Positions 61,152-64,000 of a stretch of 64,000 bases of DNA are shown here, piece after piece (positions within the stretch are counted from its first letter, which is position 1; each line of letters starts with the position of its first letter). The stretch lies in assembly GCF_044704955.1 (NCBI RefSeq), contig NC_091986.1, positions 38,316,001 to 38,380,000 of the forward strand. The letters are read 5' to 3'. Position numbers and translations under genes: made by a program. The notes below the pieces were generated by a model, which did no database searches, had not been told where the DNA came from, and saw only the letters and a program-made list of their open reading frames with translations. Source of the stretch: Pristiophorus japonicus (lineage: Eukaryota).

Positions 61152-64000
61152 TGTAATAGTGATCCACCTATTGGATTACTGATGTAATGCAACTGCTGAT
61201 GTAATAACAATAAAAAGGTCATATGACAAGGTCATATGATGACAATTTTTGTTAAGAAGCCATCTTGTTGGGTGTGCTTGTGTTAGTGATATCTGTAAAG
61301 ATATTACAGTTGGTGATGAGGATAGGATATTGGGATTCCCTAGCTGATATTTTTGTTGGTGAATGATCCTGCCAACCAACAGAGAGACTTTGAGAGGTTC
61401 TTCGTTTTGCAGAACAGCTAGAAATCCAAGGTAAATTTCAAGCACATTTGGCTGAACTGCCAATATTGCCAGAGTCCAGATGGCAATACCTATGGGAATA
61501 ATAGGGTGATTGGGTGAGTTCCATCATGACTGATAGACTTTCGGAGCAGTGGAGCGGCTAGAAATGATTTTCACCGCGAATAGTATCGTCGAAGATCCCG
61601 ATGATGAAAACCGTAACCGGATGGTTTTAGAAAGGAAACAAGCTATTTTCTTGACTGAAGCAGGTTCTGACGTGTATAAAACCCTGAAAAATGTGCTTGT
61701 TCCCGTCAAGCCAAAGGACATGCCACTGACGGAGATTCTAACCAAGTTAGAACAGCGCTACTGTTCTGAGCTTCTGGAGATTGCTGAAATTTATCGGGCT
61801 GAAAATTGCTGCCTCGCCGGGTACGTACGAAGGGCGTACGCACCCAGTGAGGCCTTGCAAAAGCCGGTTCTTGGGGCACAATGCAGTTCTGCAAAATAAA
61901 GAACCTGTGTACCTATGAAGGCAGTCTGTTATTTAGATGACATACTCATTTCAGCACCAAACAGGCAAATCCATAATAACGTGTTGAATGAAGTGCTCAA
62001 ATGGCTAGAGAAGCACAGATTGCGAGTGATTGCTCACAAGTGTGAGTTATTTCAAAACTCACTGGAGTACTTAGGGCACAGAGTGGACAAAGATGGTTTA
62101 CATCCAACCAAGGGAAAGGTGGATGCAATCATAAATGCACCCACTTCCAAGAATGTCACTGAACTTCGATCATTTTTGGGTCTTTTGAACTATTATGGGA
62201 AGTTCCTACCATATTTGATTACAGTATTACACAAACTGAATGAACTGCTGAAAAACAGGTCCATTGGTCATGGTCAGAAGAATACGATACAGCATTCAAA
62301 GAGTGTAAAAGCTAATTGGTAGAGAGTACCATGTTAGTTCACTATGACGTATCTAAGGAGATCAAGCTAGCATGTGACGCACTCTGTATGGAATTGGGGC
62401 AGTGATCGCTCATGTATTATGTAGTGGGGAGGAGAGACCAATTGCTTTTGCTTCACGCACCTCAGTGCCAGTGAGCGGAATTATGTGCAGATCGAAAGGG
62501 AAGCTTTGGCATTAATTTTTGGGGTCGAGAAGTTCCACAAATACTTGTTTGGTCATAAGTTTACCATTGTTACTGATCATAAGTCCCTGACAGCAATCCT
62601 CCAACCAAGGTCCTCAGTTTCAACCTTAACTGCAGTTCAAATGCAGAGATGGGCTTTGATTTTGTCACCATATACATATGACATTGAGTACAGATGATCA
62701 GCTGATCACAGTAATGCAGATGCTATGTCCAGGTTGCTATCCCCATCACAAGTTACACCCAATAGGGAAAAGATGTTCTATTTTTGATGCATTGATGAGC
62801 TGCCAGTCACAGGTGAAGAGATTAGTAGAGCTACCAAACGTGACCCGGTTATGTAAAAGGTGTATGATTACATAGCAAATGGCTAGTCAAACCAGATATC
62901 AGAGGAAAAAATTCATCCATACTTTGTTAGTAGGAATGAATTGTCAGTGAATAAAGATTGTATCATATGGGGTGCAAGAGTAGTTATCCCAAGTAAGTCC
63001 AGGTCCAAATTATTAGGAGATCTTCATGACCAGCACCTGGGAATGTGCTTGACCAAAAGTTTTACATGCAGTTACTTATGGTAGCATCCATTACATCCAT
63101 GGAAATGGCCTCCCAGGGTGTGGTAAAGGTTATATGTAAATTTAGCTGAGCTAGAAGGACATCAATTTTCTAGTGATAGATAATCATTCAAAATGGGTAG
63201 AGGTGTTTCCGATGTGGAAAATAACAACATGTAAAACACTAGACAATTTTCAACGTTTGTTTTCTTCATATGGCCTCCCAGAAGAAATTGTGTCTGATAA
63301 TGGGCTGCAATTTTGTTCAGAAGAATTTGCACACTTCATGAGCAGAAATGGTGTGAAACATACCAAAGTTCCAGCATGTCACCTTGCTTCAAATAGTGCA
63401 GCAGAGCACAATGTACAAATTGTAAAGCGTGCCCTCATCAAGCAAATGTTGGATCTAAATCCAAAGAAACGCCAGTTAATGTTGGACCACAAACTGGCCA
63501 TTTTTAAAATTACTTATCGTAATATGCCTCATGTAACTATTGGTAGAACACCAGCAGCATTGTTTCTCAAATGCCAGCCACAAACCAGATTCTCGTTGTT
63601 AAAGCCAAACTTGGCACAGTTAGTAGAAGAGAAACAATTAAGATCGAAAGAGAGTCTTGATAGAGGTCGAGTGAAAGAGAAAAATGTGAAATTGAATCAG
63701 AAGTTTAGATTGAAGAACCATCACCATAAATGGTTAAATTGGTTACCAGGAAAAGTAGTGAAGACATGTGGCCTTTGCACATATTTGGTTAAGATGTTTG
63801 GTCATGGAAAGGTTAGGTTTGTTCACGTTGATCATATTTTACTTACAAATGTGGAAAGAGTTGAAAGTTGGAATGATTCGAATATTTCTGATGAATAGTC
63901 TTGTTACCAGTAGAGTACCAATAGCAAATCCTGCATCAGATGTACCAGAAACAAGTGTAAGAGTCATTCAGAATTTACATCTGAGTCAAGCAGAAAAACA
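61152..64000 (+). mobile_element. Ty3/gypsy LTR retrotransposon D (Mag-like), old and internally deleted; runs off the window end
   Basis: Candidate LTR 61152-61308 (tgtaata..tattaca) and PBS tggtgatgaggataggat at 61311. Gag about 61480-61795, RT YLDD at 61930, RNase H, integrase VSDNG in 63173-63898. Confidence 0.88.
61796..61897 (-). mobile_element. Right end of an M1 MITE inside gypsy D
   Basis: gggctgaaaattgctgcctcgccggg...gcaaaagccggtt matches the reverse complement of 48060-48163. Confidence 0.7.

Overview
This is eukaryotic DNA, most likely from a cartilaginous fish. That assignment is inferred from CR1 LINEs with an esterase ORF1, L2 tails, Deu-domain tRNA-SINEs and Mag-type Ty3/gypsy elements. 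I could not support any host protein-coding gene, rRNA, tRNA or CRISPR array; the window is a densely nested transposon field. 1857-19366 is a Mag-clade LTR retrotransposon (A) that contains two further LTR elements (B 3229-7926, C 11749-17978) and two CR1 insertions, with LTRs, tRNA-Ser PBS, PPT and 5-bp TSDs readable. A fourth, internally deleted gypsy element (D) starts at 61152 and runs off the window. There are two near-full-length CR1 LINEs (25258-29241 +, 41100-48028 -), and the second carries about 27 copies of a 70-bp GC-rich monomer at its 5' end. The rest is CR1/L2 fragments, five SINE copies, about ten TIR-bounded PIF/Harbinger-like non-autonomous elements and a few unique AT-rich blocks. 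The most noteworthy signals are the L1-monomer-like array on a CR1, an FQDD reverse-transcriptase motif, TG...TA LTR ends, CTCF-like motifs in the LTRs and the multi-layer nesting. All counts and alignments were done by eye.
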